Assembly: GCA_023334545.1 (NCBI GenBank)
Contig: JAADVB010000061.1
Coordinates: 18,780-82,779 of the forward strand
Length of the DNA: 64,000 nucleotides
Direction of reading: 5' to 3'
Source: Salisapilia sapeloensis CBS 127946
Taxonomy: Eukaryota > Protista > Oomycota
Shown one piece after another: positions 19,749 to 31,454 of this stretch. The notes under the pieces were generated by a model. The model was given only the letters and a program-made list of their open reading frames with translations. It ran no database searches and had not been told where the DNA came from. The translations under genes were made by a program, and so were the position numbers. The stretch's first letter is position 1. Each line of letters opens with the position of its first letter.

Positions 19749-21134
19749 ATGAGCTCCTTAAAGAAGAGTGGACCGACGGCCATTGCCATGATGAACATGG
19801 GTGGGCCGTCGACGTTGCCAGAAGTCCAGCAGTTCCTTACGAACTTGTTCCAGGACCCTGAGATCATTCCCATGGGCAAATTCCAAGAACCATTGGGTGC
19901 GTATGTGGCCAAGCGTCGATCACCGAAAGTGGCCGACCAATATGCTCAAATTGGTGGCGGATCACCGATTCTAAAGTGGACGAATATCCAGGGTGAAGAA
20001 ATGTGCAAACGCTTGGATAAACTCCGTCCAGAGGTATGTCGAGATTGCATCCGTGTGATGATGTAAACTCATACAAAATGATAAATTATTAGAGTGCACC
20101 GCATAAACACTATGTCTTCTTCCGCTACGCCAACCCATTGACAGAAGTCTCTCTTCAGAAGATGAAGGAAGATGGTGTCCAACGTGCCGTCGCGTTCTCC
20201 CAAGTACACTTCATCCATCTGACATACATTCATGATTTAACGACCATCACTCCTAGTATCCGCAATGGTCCTGCACGACAACCGGATCGAGTATGAACCA
20301 GCTATGGCGTGAATTGGATAGACTCGACATGACGGACAACTTCAAGTGGTCACTCATCGACCGATGGAACACCCACCCTGGCTACGTCTCGGCCGTGGCA
20401 AATCGTGTTAAAATGGGACTAGAGCAGTTTGCGCCGGAAGATCGGGATAAAGTTGTCATCATGTTCTCCGCCCACTCTGTCCCGATGAAAGTCGTGAACA
20501 AAGGAGATCCGTACACCAAGGAAATCGCCTCGACCGTCGAGCGTGTCATGGAGCAACTTTCAGGCAACAATGCCCACATCCTGTCGTGGCAGTCCAAGGG
20601 TATGTCCTCTGCAATTAGATTTCGTACGAGATAGATATTCATACTCTCTTCTAGTTGGCTTCTTGCCATGGATGGGACCTAGCACGAGTGACACGATCAA
20701 GGGACTTGCTGAACGCGGTCACAAGTACTTGTTTCCTGTATTCAACAACCTTCCTATAAGCTTCTAACGCACTCGTAGACACGTCATGGCTGTCCCCATC
20801 GCCTTTACTTCGGACCACATTGAAACACTGTTTGAAATCGACATCGAATACGCGGAAGAAGCCCAGGAAGCCGGCATCACGGTAACTCTCTTCCATCATA
20901 TACTCCAGGAACCTCCTCCTAATATGTTACCATATACAGCACTTTAAGCGTAGTCCGTCGTTAAATGACGAGCCACTACTCTTTGATGCGATGGCAGACG
21001 TCGTGAAAGACCATTTGGACAATGACCGGCTGCACTCGCCGCAGTACCCTCTCAAGTGTCCTCACTGCACGAACCCCATGTGCCGTAGCATCAAGAACCC
21101 CATCAAGCCATACAAGTCTCCTTTCCAGTCCTAA
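19749..21134 (+). CDS. FECH: Ferrochelatase (protoporphyrin IX)
   Basis: [71 protein letters not shown]-terminal [2Fe-2S] Cys motif C..C.NP.C. Five introns. Probable 5'-UTR intron 19616-19677. Confidence 0.96.
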
Positions 21135-21475
21135 GCTCGTCCTGTCTTGACGTGAGAATACACGATCTTGTGTCTCGAATCTTCTTTTGTTTTCTTTCGT
21201 ACTCTTCATTTCCTTCCCTTTGATGCTAATTATAGCCTTCCTCTACTTGTATTGCTGCGTTCTATCGATATGACAGACACATCGGATGTCATGGCACCAC
21301 AGACGTACTCTATAGACGATAGGTACGTACGTATAATAGGTTGGAGGCTGTCTAGACGATTGACATGATTGTACCATGATAGGAATGAGCATGATCAGTC
21401 TACTAGCTCGAAGGAGGTAGTACATCCACCTATCAATACAGATATGAATCCTTACTTATGCTGGTGTCGTAGGAT

Positions 21476-23593
21476 ATGGATGTGAATCAAGTGCGATGGA
21501 TGGAAGAGCAGCGTGCAGCGATTGTGCAGGACGTGATTCAGACGTTAAAGTCTTCTGGGATGCTGAGTCCGACGAAAAAATCTCCTATACGAAGACGTCC
21601 GCATGAGTTTGATACGATGCAACTGGAGAAGAATATAAAGAACCTCGCGATGCATTCATTACATGACGCAGGACTTGAGTTTCCACATGTTGCTCGACCT
21701 TCATCATCCATGGCACTCACTCTGTCGAAAGCTCAATCCTGTGATCTACCTCGATCGAAAGAGATTGTGGTACCTCAGAAGGAGTGGAGTGTCGGGTATG
21801 CTAGACCAATCTCCGAGTCGTGGTCTAGTGAACGTAAACCACGTTTGAGGCAGGCGAAAGCGAATCAAATGAATGCAGATACCTATCAAATGAAGAAGAA
21901 ACTTGAGAAGGAGTCGAGGAAGGCTTCCTCCAGTAAGCTGCGACTTGGCATTGAGACAGAGAGAGCGACAGGTTTGGTAACGAGACGGATGAGTGAGAAG
22001 ACACGAGCAGTGTTATTGAAGAGTCAGCAGTTTCTTGATCAGACTAAAGACTACCGGAATGGAACCCCATCTTTGAATGCTAGTAAACATGATGGAGTAG
22101 AAGACGATGGTCAAACCCGTAGCACCAGCAGTGCCCAGCAAAGCCCTGTACGAACGAAAGCACGGACTCCAATGCGTAAAAAGTCTTATACACGATCTCA
22201 GTCGGAACTTGAGCCTATCAAGTCGTCACGAGATGAAATACAAATTCAGGAAAGCGTTCCTCAGCAAGAAACAGACACCTTGAGATCGCAATCTGCTCAA
22301 TTTGATTCAGAGATGCTCATTCCTCCTTCATCTGCTCCGACGAATGAAACTGAGTGGGAGAACGAACTAGCTCGACAAATCCTTACTATTTACGCTACCT
22401 CTGTAAAAGCAAAGGAGAACGCGTCGAACCTTTCGAGGGAAGGAGCTCGGATTACTCCAATGTCAAATAATTCTTCATCACCTGAGCGTTTAAAGAATAA
22501 AAAGTTACAGGTCTCCTGTTCACTTCCGGTGCTCATGCCCTCGCGTCGTACAAAGCCTTCTACACCATCTGTCCGATATTCTTGGGCACCTTCCCATCGA
22601 ACGCAAGATGGAAGTGTGCTGGTAACTGTGCCCAAGATTCCACGACCTGTATGGCTTGTTGGAAGTGGAGCCGTCTTATCTGTGTGGTGTGCTATCGCGG
22701 ACGGATTTTCAGACTTGCAACAAGATTCAAAGAGTCCGAAACGAAGTTCCAAGCACTCTACAAAGCCACCAACTATCTGCAATCACGAATTCTGTGAGCG
22801 CATGCGAGGGCTCGAAGCTGCTCAACGCTTTGCTCAGTACGTAACTGAAGTAGAAGCGCTATTGATTTCACTCGTCCGAGCTCAAGGTGCTGATGACTTT
22901 AGTGCTAAACTCTGGAGACAATTGATAGTGACTTGCAATGCTTTTGCTAGTCGATGCATCAGCTATAAACGTTTCACAGACGCGTTGACGCTTGTTCGAC
23001 ATGCCGAAAAGCTCATTGACAGCACTGTATTAGTGGACAAGAAGACAAGGCGAGAGCTGCGTGCATTTCTCTTCGACACATATGCATTTTACTACTTTAG
23101 TAGAAGAAAGGCCCAAGCAGGACTAGAGTACATTATGAAAGCACAAGGACTTCACGCGCAAGACTCGCAGTGGCAACACGTTGCCAAGTGCCATCTGCAT
23201 GCATCGACGCTTTTGTCCGTATTAGGTCGTCATAAAGAAGCCATGTATTCCTTGATGCAGGTGTTGGAGATGGTAGAAGATAGCACATTGGACGCCGACA
23301 CACGCATTAAGTCTGAGGTTGCCGACGAGAGTCTTCATATCGGTGCAACCGGAGCTGACTCCGCACAAAAACTATGCCTCGTGGCGGTCACCTACAATAA
23401 TTTAGCAGTAGAGCGACTACACATGCGCGACTTTGAAGCTGCCCACGTTGCTTCTGACAATGCGAAGAAACTGGCCAAATTATGCCTAAGCTACAGTAAT
23501 CGATGGTTAACGCAGTTCGAAGCAACGAGTAAATGTGTCGCGCTAGCGATTGCCACATTGATGGATGAAGTGAACAAAGTCACCAACGAGTAG
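21476..23593 (+). CDS. Hypothetical protein with C-terminal TPR-like helical repeats
   Basis: 705-aa ORF: disordered S-rich N-terminal half, then TPR-like helices (VAKCHLHASTLLSVLGRHKEAM; LVAVTYNNLAVE). Confidence 0.8.
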   Translation: MDVNQVRWMEEQRAAIVQDVIQTLKSSGMLSPTKKSPIRRRPHEFDTMQLEKNIKNLAMHSLHDAGLEFPHVARPSSSMALTLSKAQSCDLPRSKEIVVPQKEWSVGYARPISESWSSERKPRLRQAKANQMNADTYQMKKKLEKESRKASSSKLRLGIETERATGLVTRRMSEKTRAVLLKSQQFLDQTKDYRNGTPSLNASKHDGVEDDGQTRSTSSAQQSPVRTKARTPMRKKSYTRSQSELEPIKSSRDEIQIQESVPQQETDTLRSQSAQFDSEMLIPPSSAPTNETEWENELARQILTIYATSVKAKENASNLSREGARITPMSNNSSSPERLKNKKLQVSCSLPVLMPSRRTKPSTPSVRYSWAPSHRTQDGSVLVTVPKIPRPVWLVGSGAVLSVWCAIADGFSDLQQDSKSPKRSSKHSTKPPTICNHEFCERMRGLEAAQRFAQYVTEVEALLISLVRAQGADDFSAKLWRQLIVTCNAFASRCISYKRFTDALTLVRHAEKLIDSTVLVDKKTRRELRAFLFDTYAFYYFSRRKAQAGLEYIMKAQGLHAQDSQWQHVAKCHLHASTLLSVLGRHKEAMYSLMQVLEMVEDSTLDADTRIKSEVADESLHIGATGADSAQKLCLVAVTYNNLAVERLHMRDFEAAHVASDNAKKLAKLCLSYSNRWLTQFEATSKCVALAIATLMDEVNKVTNE

Positions 23594-23772
23594 TAAGCAA
23601 GTATATCATCCAACCATGTTTCCATGTAGGCGTATCAACAGCGTACAAATTAGAAAAGAATAAATTCATAAACTCCAAGAATATTAAAAAAGTACAAGCA
23701 GTAATCACAAAAGTCGCAGAAGTTTTCACATAACACGATATTGTGGACACGAATTACTTTGTCGCGTGGAGC

Positions 23773-24222
23773 ATGAAGAGCGACGGATTCAAGTCGCTTC
23801 GGTACTTTGTGAACCGATCACAAGTACTGACGCAATATCGAAAATTCTTACGCACAACATCTCCACTATCTGGTGACGTAAAAGCCGATGTTCGACGTCA
23901 AATACGCTCCGGCTTTGACGCGTATCGAGACGTCGAGGACGAGACACTCGTTCGACAGCTTTTGCAGCAATCCAATGCCCAGCTCAAGCAAGTGAGTGAA
24001 TTAGTCGACTCTGCAGTCGCAAGGCAGCAGCAAGAGTCAAATCTAAAGCACGGCAGTCTCTCTTGGACGGATCCGATGGCAAGTACCGAGCCGACGGAAG
24101 ATGGCGAGCAGCCAGACGTCCGCGGTCGTCTAGGCGTCGGTTGGCCGTGGAAGAGTGGTCAGCCTCAGCGTCGACTAGAACTAGGTGGCATTAAACGTAG
24201 CACAAGAGATAAAGAAGAATAG
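23773..24222 (+). CDS. LYRM2: LYR-motif protein 2-like
   Basis: SLRYFVNRSQVLTQYRKFLR...VRRQIRSGF is the LYRM2-type N-terminus. Confidence 0.75.
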   Translation: MKSDGFKSLRYFVNRSQVLTQYRKFLRTTSPLSGDVKADVRRQIRSGFDAYRDVEDETLVRQLLQQSNAQLKQVSELVDSAVARQQQESNLKHGSLSWTDPMASTEPTEDGEQPDVRGRLGVGWPWKSGQPQRRLELGGIKRSTRDKEE

Positions 24223-24306
24223 ATGGAATGGAAAAGAAAAATGTATTTCAAAGTGGACTTCATACCACAATAAAAAGTAGTGGCAATCATAATCGAATAA
24301 AAAATC

Positions 24307-26427
24307 TTAATCCGTAATGACACGAACGCCCATGGAAGCGATTTCGTGCATTTTGTCCGTAGCTGGTTGTCGCATGAGCATCATATTGGTCGGAATGTCC
24401 ATGTTGCGACTAATCCACTCGACCATGGCAGTATCAAAGGAGCCATAGATCGAGACAAAGTCGATCTTGATCGTCGGGTAGATGTGATCGAAGAGACAGA
24501 CAACATCTTGGAACTCTCGTGGGATCTCACCATCCTTCTCACACACATGCACGAGTCGGAGGCTGTAAGTCTGCTCATTCTTCATTACGTACGACACAGC
24601 TTCGTTGATCTTTGGTAAGTTTGGCGTCTTACAGAAGAAGATCAAAGGCGTGCGTTTGATCCGTTCGATCGTCTTGGCCACCGCGACATTACCGACAAAG
24701 TCTGTGCCAGGCATACTCGATCGCTCTGGACGTTCGCGATGACGTCGGTCGTAATTGAACCAGAGGTACACTTGCTTGGATACATATAGCACTGCCGTGA
24801 GGATCGTCACACGTTCGAGCATGACGTAGACGACGAGGAAGAAGATGGCAAAGTAGATGACAAAGAACTTGAGTGCCTCCAAGTCGTTCATGGCGTTGCA
24901 AACGAAGCCAAAGACGACCATGATGAGACAGAAGAGGACGTTTGTCCATGATGTCTCAGTCGCACGTGGCAATTGGTCTCGATGGACCTTGAGGAGGACA
25001 CATCCCACGGCAAAGGATGCCATGACGCCTAAGAAGGCAAAGGCAAAGACACCTGCGAGGGCATCCACTTGTGCATCCAAAATAAATACGAGACTGGACG
25101 CGACGAGGAAGTAGCCGAAGATGATGTAGTGCGCCGTGTTACGGCAATTGTTCTTCTTGAGCAAGAAGCTCGGCATGAGTCGATCGATCGCCAGACGCTG
25201 CGTGAGACCAGTGATACCGACGTACGATGTGAGGACAGCACCGGAGAGGACGACAAACGCATCGATCGTGACGAGGATCTCGAGCCACTTGCCACTCGTG
25301 ACGTTACCCATGTACGCCAAGAGCACTTCCTTGTTGCTCATGATCGTATCGACAGGCACGACTGCGAGTGCGAGGAAGGAGAAGGCGATGTTAAAGACGC
25401 TGGAGAAGGCCCACATGTTGCGTAGAGTCTTGGGAAAAACACCAGACGCTTGTTCCTCGACGAATTGAGCTGACGACTCGAAGCCAGTGACACTTAACAG
25501 TGCCTGGCCGTAGCCTAGTAAGAGTGCCGTGAGGACACTTCCATCCATGGCACTTCCGAACATGGTAATGTCTGGGAAAGGAGCATTCATGTTATCCATG
25601 AAGACACTTGGGTTTTGTACGGCGTAGATGATGCAAAAGACGATGAGAATCGTTAGCGTCAGTGCGTGGAAAGCAAAGAAGAGGAGTGCGACGATGGCAC
25701 TTTCAGCGATACCGACTAAACACAGACACGCAAAGACAAAGAGCATGGCTACGGAACACAAGACGACAGGCAGTTCGACCAAGTAGTTCACATAGTTAAA
25801 TGCCGAGACAGCACAGACAACACCCGTCGCGACGTACGACAGGACGGAGAAGACAGCGGCAAAGGATGCAGTGCGTTTAGATGCAGAGTTCATCAGGGCA
25901 GTGTATGATCCGCCGTTTAACGGGACGGCCGACATGACTTCTTCCATGATGAATCGAAGGCAGTAGACCAGGACGGAGACAATGACTTGGGCAACAGGTG
26001 CGAGCTTTCCAGCAGTGGAAGTCGTTAGTCCCGCCGTGAAGAGGACACTGGATAAAATATCGTTGCCACTGATCGCTGTAGACATCCACTCGCCCAAATT
26101 TTCCTTGGACGCATGCATCTCGTCTCGAATCGTATCTCGTTCATCACTCGGACTGTTCACGTGCTTGGCTTCACCACCAACGTTCGGGTGCTGCCAATTT
26201 GGAACCTTAAACTTTTGATCGACGACAAGAAGGGAGATGACTCGACTCCGCAATTGTGACGGTGTCTGATGAAAGTCTCCGTACTCGGGTTGGCACACAG
26301 TGCCATACTCGAGATCCTGGTTACTGAAGGATGGAGTGGCAGCTGGAGGTGTGAGTGGAGGTCGCGTGTAGACTGGCGACGGCTCTCCACTTTCTAGAAG
26401 GTCGAGTCGAAGGTCTTGAGGAGCCAT
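24307..26427 (-). CDS. APC-superfamily permease with C-terminal cytosolic domain
   Basis: STAISGNDILSS (TM1), PLNGGSY, LSVTGFESSAQFVEEQ, ~12 TM helices and a soluble C-terminal domain. Start taken at MAPQDL. Confidence 0.9.
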   Translation of the reverse strand: MAPQDLRLDLLESGEPSPVYTRPPLTPPAATPSFSNQDLEYGTVCQPEYGDFHQTPSQLRSRVISLLVVDQKFKVPNWQHPNVGGEAKHVNSPSDERDTIRDEMHASKENLGEWMSTAISGNDILSSVLFTAGLTTSTAGKLAPVAQVIVSVLVYCLRFIMEEVMSAVPLNGGSYTALMNSASKRTASFAAVFSVLSYVATGVVCAVSAFNYVNYLVELPVVLCSVAMLFVFACLCLVGIAESAIVALLFFAFHALTLTILIVFCIIYAVQNPSVFMDNMNAPFPDITMFGSAMDGSVLTALLLGYGQALLSVTGFESSAQFVEEQASGVFPKTLRNMWAFSSVFNIAFSFLALAVVPVDTIMSNKEVLLAYMGNVTSGKWLEILVTIDAFVVLSGAVLTSYVGITGLTQRLAIDRLMPSFLLKKNNCRNTAHYIIFGYFLVASSLVFILDAQVDALAGVFAFAFLGVMASFAVGCVLLKVHRDQLPRATETSWTNVLFCLIMVVFGFVCNAMNDLEALKFFVIYFAIFFLVVYVMLERVTILTAVLYVSKQVYLWFNYDRRHRERPERSSMPGTDFVGNVAVAKTIERIKRTPLIFFCKTPNLPKINEAVSYVMKNEQTYSLRLVHVCEKDGEIPREFQDVVCLFDHIYPTIKIDFVSIYGSFDTAMVEWISRNMDIPTNMMLMRQPATDKMHEIASMGVRVITD

Positions 26428-26618
26428 AGAAAGTGAGGATGCAAGAAGACTTGTGTAGTGGATGGCAAATTGCAAAGTGAGCATTCGAGAGGATGGAAGA
26501 GACACAAAAAAGAATGGCTTCATGTATCGCATACTTTATTGCTAATAAACTTCCAGCTGCTTTGGGTTTGGCTTCATTTCGATGTAGCCACTTAGGCGCA
26601 CCGAAACATATTTCGTGA

Positions 26619-27932
26619 TTACGCTGCTAAGGGCGGCTCATCGTCTTCCTGCGGCTGCAAGTGCTTTGTCATGACCGGTTGGAGGTCTGTTGTAGTCTTA
26701 GGGGTGGTGCTATGAAGCTTTTGGCGACGGACACCTTGAGCGACCTGGTCGAGCAAAACAGGAGTTTAGACGCACGTAAGTACATAATACAAGCACGTGC
26801 GAGACGCATCTCCTGGATATGCAAGCTCACCTGTTCGACTTTTCCGTGGCTAGGAGCACGAGGATGTAGCTTTGGCAATGTTAGTTTTAAGGCTCCTGTC
26901 GTCTGCGAACGCTCGGCTTTACCAAGGTCCGACAGGACTTCCGCTGGTAGACGTAGACGAAAGACTTTATTCTTTGCGACAATTGTTACATGCTCGGGAT
27001 GGACATCGAGGTCCAGAAGAGAGGAGTCGAGAAATCTCGGCAATCCAACCTCAAGATACACGAACGCATCCTCCTCCCACAGTCGAAACGGCCACTTGCC
27101 TTGATTGCACTGACGCAAGTCACTACCACTTTGAGCCTTGGCCATGGCCTCTTCATGTTCTTTATGCAAATCTCGCTCCGGTGGAGCATTCCCCTTTCGT
27201 CGTGCTTCCTGTTGTTCCTTTTGCTCCGCTAGTTCCATATACATTTCACGTCGAGACTCAGGCGTGTACGGTGCTTTGGCATCGGCATCAAACGCGCCGT
27301 TTCGCTCTACTAGTACCACCTGTTCTTCATGTATCTTCTTCCGAGCTTCGTCTCGCACGTGCTTCTGACGTGCGGAGAAGACTTGCATGGCTTTGATCCG
27401 ATCCCCTCGCGTGATCTCTTTACCGTCCAAGATGGATACGGAAGGGAGAGAGGCGATGACGTAGTCTCGGAACCCATCCTCCCACTTGGATTGCGCCGGG
27501 TTACCGAGTAGGTACAACTCTTGAAGATGGGGCAATCGCTTCAAGTGGTTCTGTTAGATGGAAACTTAGCGCACATGGTAACCTAGGTACATTCAGGACG
27601 CTTACAATGCTTTCTTCGAGCGTATCGAAATCAATGAAATTGACCGTGAGATCCAATTTCTCGAGAAATTCACAACTTTGCAATCCTTCAATCTTACGAA
27701 TGTTATTCAATGCGAGATTCAAGTATCGAAGCTCCTTTAAATGTGTTAAATTCTCGATCTTCTCAATGATATTATTCTGAAGATACAGGATACGTAGTCG
27801 ACGGCAGAGTGTGCCAATGACTTCGATCTTCTCCAGTTCTTCCTGATGCAAAGACAGCTCTTCTAGCGTCGACACGATCCCTTCATTATGCTCCGCACGC
27901 TTCCGGAGGAGCTCGACCGTGATACGAGGCAT
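26619..27932 (-). CDS. DNAAF11: Dynein axonemal assembly factor 11 (LRRC6)
   Basis: [50 protein letters not shown] (CS domain). The second intron 26745-26830 gives the end DDEPPLAA*. Confidence 0.94.
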
Positions 27933-28223
27933 CGCGAATGTGACGCTTCACGATCAAATATCTTATATGCGACTATCCATGATCTAGATCCGATATGATC
28001 GAAGAATCTCGAAGCTAGACACTCGTACTTGCATGCTTCTCAACACCGTACCCATGTCGCGTACATGTTTGCAGCTGCAGATCCGATTGACATGTGCGAT
28101 ACTCTTCTAAACTAATCTCCTCCTGATTCTCCACTTTCCGCCAATCAAAAACTACAAATTCTATTAACTACCAATCATGACGTGTACGAATGACAGGCTG
28201 ATAAGACCGCGATTGGCACCGCG

Positions 28224-29309
28224 ATGGCGACGGACCACGAGCTCGAGAACCTGGACGACCCGCGATGGGATCAGAGCACCTTTGCAGGTCGTGCCAAGCA
28301 CTTCTTCGCGACGACAAATCCCTTGAACGTCCTTGCAACGGACGAGCAACTTGATGATGCGAAACGCAAAGTCGACGAGTACCGCCGAGGTCTCCACCCG
28401 ACGATGGCATCGGACGAAATCTGGGAAGCCAAGCACCTCATGGACAGCGCTTTCCACCCTGACACGGGTGAAAAGAACTTTCTCCCTGGTCGCATGTCCT
28501 TCCAAGTTCCCGGTAACATGCTCATCACTGGGTGCATGATGACCTTTTATAAATCCACCCCGGCCGTCATCTTCTGGCAGGTACCTCCCCCATCTGTATT
28601 ACCAACTCCACCTTCACTCACACATGTGTAGTGGATGAACCAAACGTTTAACTCGGTTGTCAACTACACGAACCGGAACGCCAGTACAGGTGTGACGCAA
28701 GAACAGCTTCTACAGGCCTATGCAGCAGCCTCCACGGCCTCTGTCGCCACGGCCGTCGGACTCAATCGCTTCGTAGCCAAACGACCTAAACTCAGCAACG
28801 GCCTCGTTGGTCGACTTGTGCCTCTTGCGGCTGTCGCAGCAGCCAATTGCGTCAACATCCCGTTAATGCGGCAACAAGAGCTCAAACACGGCATCGAGGT
28901 CCGGACGCCGGACTCGGAACCGATTGGACAGAGTCGCACGGCTGCTGTCCAGGCCGTTGCGCAGGTCGTGCCGAGTCGGATCCTCATGGCCGCACCAGGT
29001 ATGTTCATCCCGCCAGTGGTCATGAACAAGCTCGAGCAGACGCCGACGCTGCTCAAGCGTCCGTGGCTCAAGGCACCATGCACGGTCCTTTTGACAGGTT
29101 TCTGCCTCAGCTTCTCCACGCCTCTCTGCTGTGCTTTGTTCCCGCAAAAGAGCATCATGAGTGTCGATACGTTGGAGCCAGAGCTCCAGGACAAGATCCG
29201 CCAACGCAGCGTGGCTCTAGCAGCCGCGCATGAGGAAGCCCCCGTCGACTCGGGCGCTGCCATCGCATCGTTGCCGGTGACGCACGTGTACTACAACAAG
29301 GGACTGTAG
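28224..29309 (+). CDS. SFXN: Sideroflexin (mitochondrial MTC family)
   Basis: PRWDQSTFAGRAKHFF, DSAFHPDTGE, GRMSFQVPGNM, FWQWMNQTFNSVVNYTNRN, YYNKGL*. Intron ~28581-28631. Confidence 0.96.
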
Positions 29310-29337
29310 TGTGGACAGATAATCGAAACAAGAGGTT

Positions 29338-30227
29338 TTATTTGTCTTTGGACGTTGGTAGAGATTGGAACGTATTGAGGAACGTGTAGCGAGAGAAGAG
29401 AACGAAGAGACGTCTGTACCAGACAAACTGGCTGTAGTGGATAGCCATGGCCTGGTGATTATACCAGGGCTTTAAGAGGGCAACCGTGACTTTGGTAGAT
29501 GGAGACTGGTAGGACTGATAGGCTTCTGGAATGGCATCTAGTAGACCTACGTACTTGCGAAGTAGTGACTTGCTCTCGAGCATCCAGCCTTGGATGTGCT
29601 TGTCGGAAGCTGACAGAGCCATCTTGACACCAAAGTGTGTGTCAATATGGTTTGGATGGCCGGAGATTCCGTAGTTGTCGAATGTGAATACCTACATGGT
29701 GCCTTAGTAGATGATCGATTGGATGGTAGTGGGAAGCGTACTGCATCGATTTTATGCGTATCGAGGTGAGATGATACGACTTTGGAGATATGGGAGCGGT
29801 CCCATTGCTCTTGCATGCCATCTTGTAGTTTACTGTCCTCTAGGACGTGGATGTTGGACGATGAGACGCCGATGAATGCACCAAGAGATCGTAATTCCTG
29901 CTCTCGAATGTCACCGAGACCGTCGGAATTGCCTCTGGATAGACACAGGATCTGTACGTTCCACTGCTGCTCAGTAGAAGGATCTTCGGATTTCTGGAGA
30001 AGAGAATGGAGGAGAGGCAGGAAGAACATGCTTTCATCGTCTGGATGACTTATGACCAAGAGAGCGGTTTTGGTGCCATCAGAGGACGAGTTACAGGTTT
30101 CTGAATCAGTGGATACTTTTAAAGGAGATTGAGAGCTTAGGTAGACGACAGAGCCTAGAACGAAGAGCACAATGTTCAATGCAAGCAGCATGAACTTGGC
30201 TAACTCCAATAGCTCCTCGATGCCCAT
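29338..30227 (-). CDS. PIGL: GlcNAc-PI de-N-acetylase
   Basis: VISHPDDESMFF, ILCLSRGN.DGLG..R..EL, and after the intron VFTFDNYGISGHPNH; HYSQFVWYRRLFVLFSRYTF.N. Confidence 0.95.
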
Positions 30228-30310
30228 TTTGTTTGTGGTTTAGATGTTATTTTCTGGCGGGAATGATTTACAATTTTCTATTAACTTTTACAGCTTATGT
30301 GGGACAAGAA

Positions 30311-30383
30311 GTCGGTGTCGTCTAGTGGTTAGGACGTAGCCTTAACACGGCTAAGATCGTGGGTTCAATCCCCACCATCGATA
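30311..30383 (+). tRNA. trnV-AAC: tRNA-Val(AAC), copy 1
   Basis: 73-nt cloverleaf: acceptor GTCGGTG/CATCGAT, D-arm GTCT/GGAC, anticodon stem TAGCC/GGCTA with loop TTAACAC, T-arm GTGGG-TTCAATC-CCCAC, followed by a T6 terminator. Confidence 0.93.
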
Positions 30384-30472
30384 CTTTTTTCGTGAAGTTT
30401 CCTTTGTTGGCTACAAGCGAAAGAGAAATGCTGCAAATATGCTATCGATAATGTGATCTATGTATAAACGTC

Positions 30473-30826
30473 TTATGACAATATCTTTTCAATTGGTATG
30501 CTTTGTGTGTCCGGGACGGTGGTCAAGCAATTGCACAGTAGCTCGATATCAAATGCAAGCTTAAGACGTAGCCTCAGATCGTCTTGCCTTCCACACTCAA
30601 AGCGAAAATCAGTATCTGTAGAGACAAAGCCATTGCTCTGATGGTTATAGCTCCGATGTTTTTAGTCAAACTGAGTCCAAACCATGAAATACAAATACTA
30701 CCTCGCCTCCACGTTATCTATATCGTAGCAACGCTGCTATGAATGCAGTCTTTGCCAATCAATCCAGTCTCTTTTGACCCCTAGAGGACATTGCGAGACT
30801 GATCTCGAGTCGTCAACAAGTAGATA
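30473..30826 (-). pseudogene. Possible decayed LTR-retrotransposon integrase core
   Basis: One frame with internal stops: YLLVDDSR...IDN...KHRSYNHQSNGFV. The motif order matches the rve core, but spacing is shorter than canonical. Confidence 0.3.
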
Positions 30827-31023
30827 TCACAAAATAACTCTTATATATTTCTCTGCGGGTGCTAGAAGCATGGTAAACGTACCCGCTTGCTCCTCAATCT
30901 ACTCGTGAGTGTCTAGATTCCATCCTCTGACCTTTCACTTTCTAGCTTGAGGTGTGTTCCTACAAACTTCAAGTGGAGATACTTGAAAAGACGGATGGGT
31001 TTTTCAGCGAGCTCTCATGAGGA

Positions 31024-31454
31024 AAGGAATGACATGTAGAGCCTCTGGATCATCCCATGATACGCTTTGGAGTGCGCTCTATCTATCCATGCCGAAATTA
31101 GAAATTCGAAAAAACAAAAGTTTTGGTGGCCGACTCGTGATCGCTACCTCGTTGTCCGCATGCTCTGGTGTTCGCTTGGCCCGCGAATTTTCGAGATCAT
31201 ACACAAAGCTAGTAAGTCCAGAATTCGCAACACTTTCCTTACAGCCGGCGTTGTTATTTTGAGTGACTAGCTTTTTGTATATCTCGGAAGAGCCAAGCCG
31301 CTAACAAAACATCCTCGAGCGCAAAACCCAAGACAGCGAGCTTGAGTCGGCGACCAAACTTTTGTCTTTCAAATTTTTAATTTTGGCACCTATGGATAGA
31401 GCATGCTCGAAAGTATCTAATGGACCAGTCTAGAGTGTCTACAAGTCGTTCCTT
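31024..31454. repeat. Long imperfect inverted repeat (foldback/MITE-like), ~190-bp arms, ~52-nt spacer, centre ~31239
   Basis: Three blocks pair on the same axis: 31024-31049 with 31429-31454, 31076-31145 with 31335-31402, and 31191-31213 with 31266-31287. Confidence 0.85.

Noticed and set aside
19679-19861. Upstream ATG at 19679 as the ferrochelatase start
   Set aside because: It is out of frame with the FECH ORF. At most it is an overlapping uORF. No in-frame ATG was found upstream of 19749.
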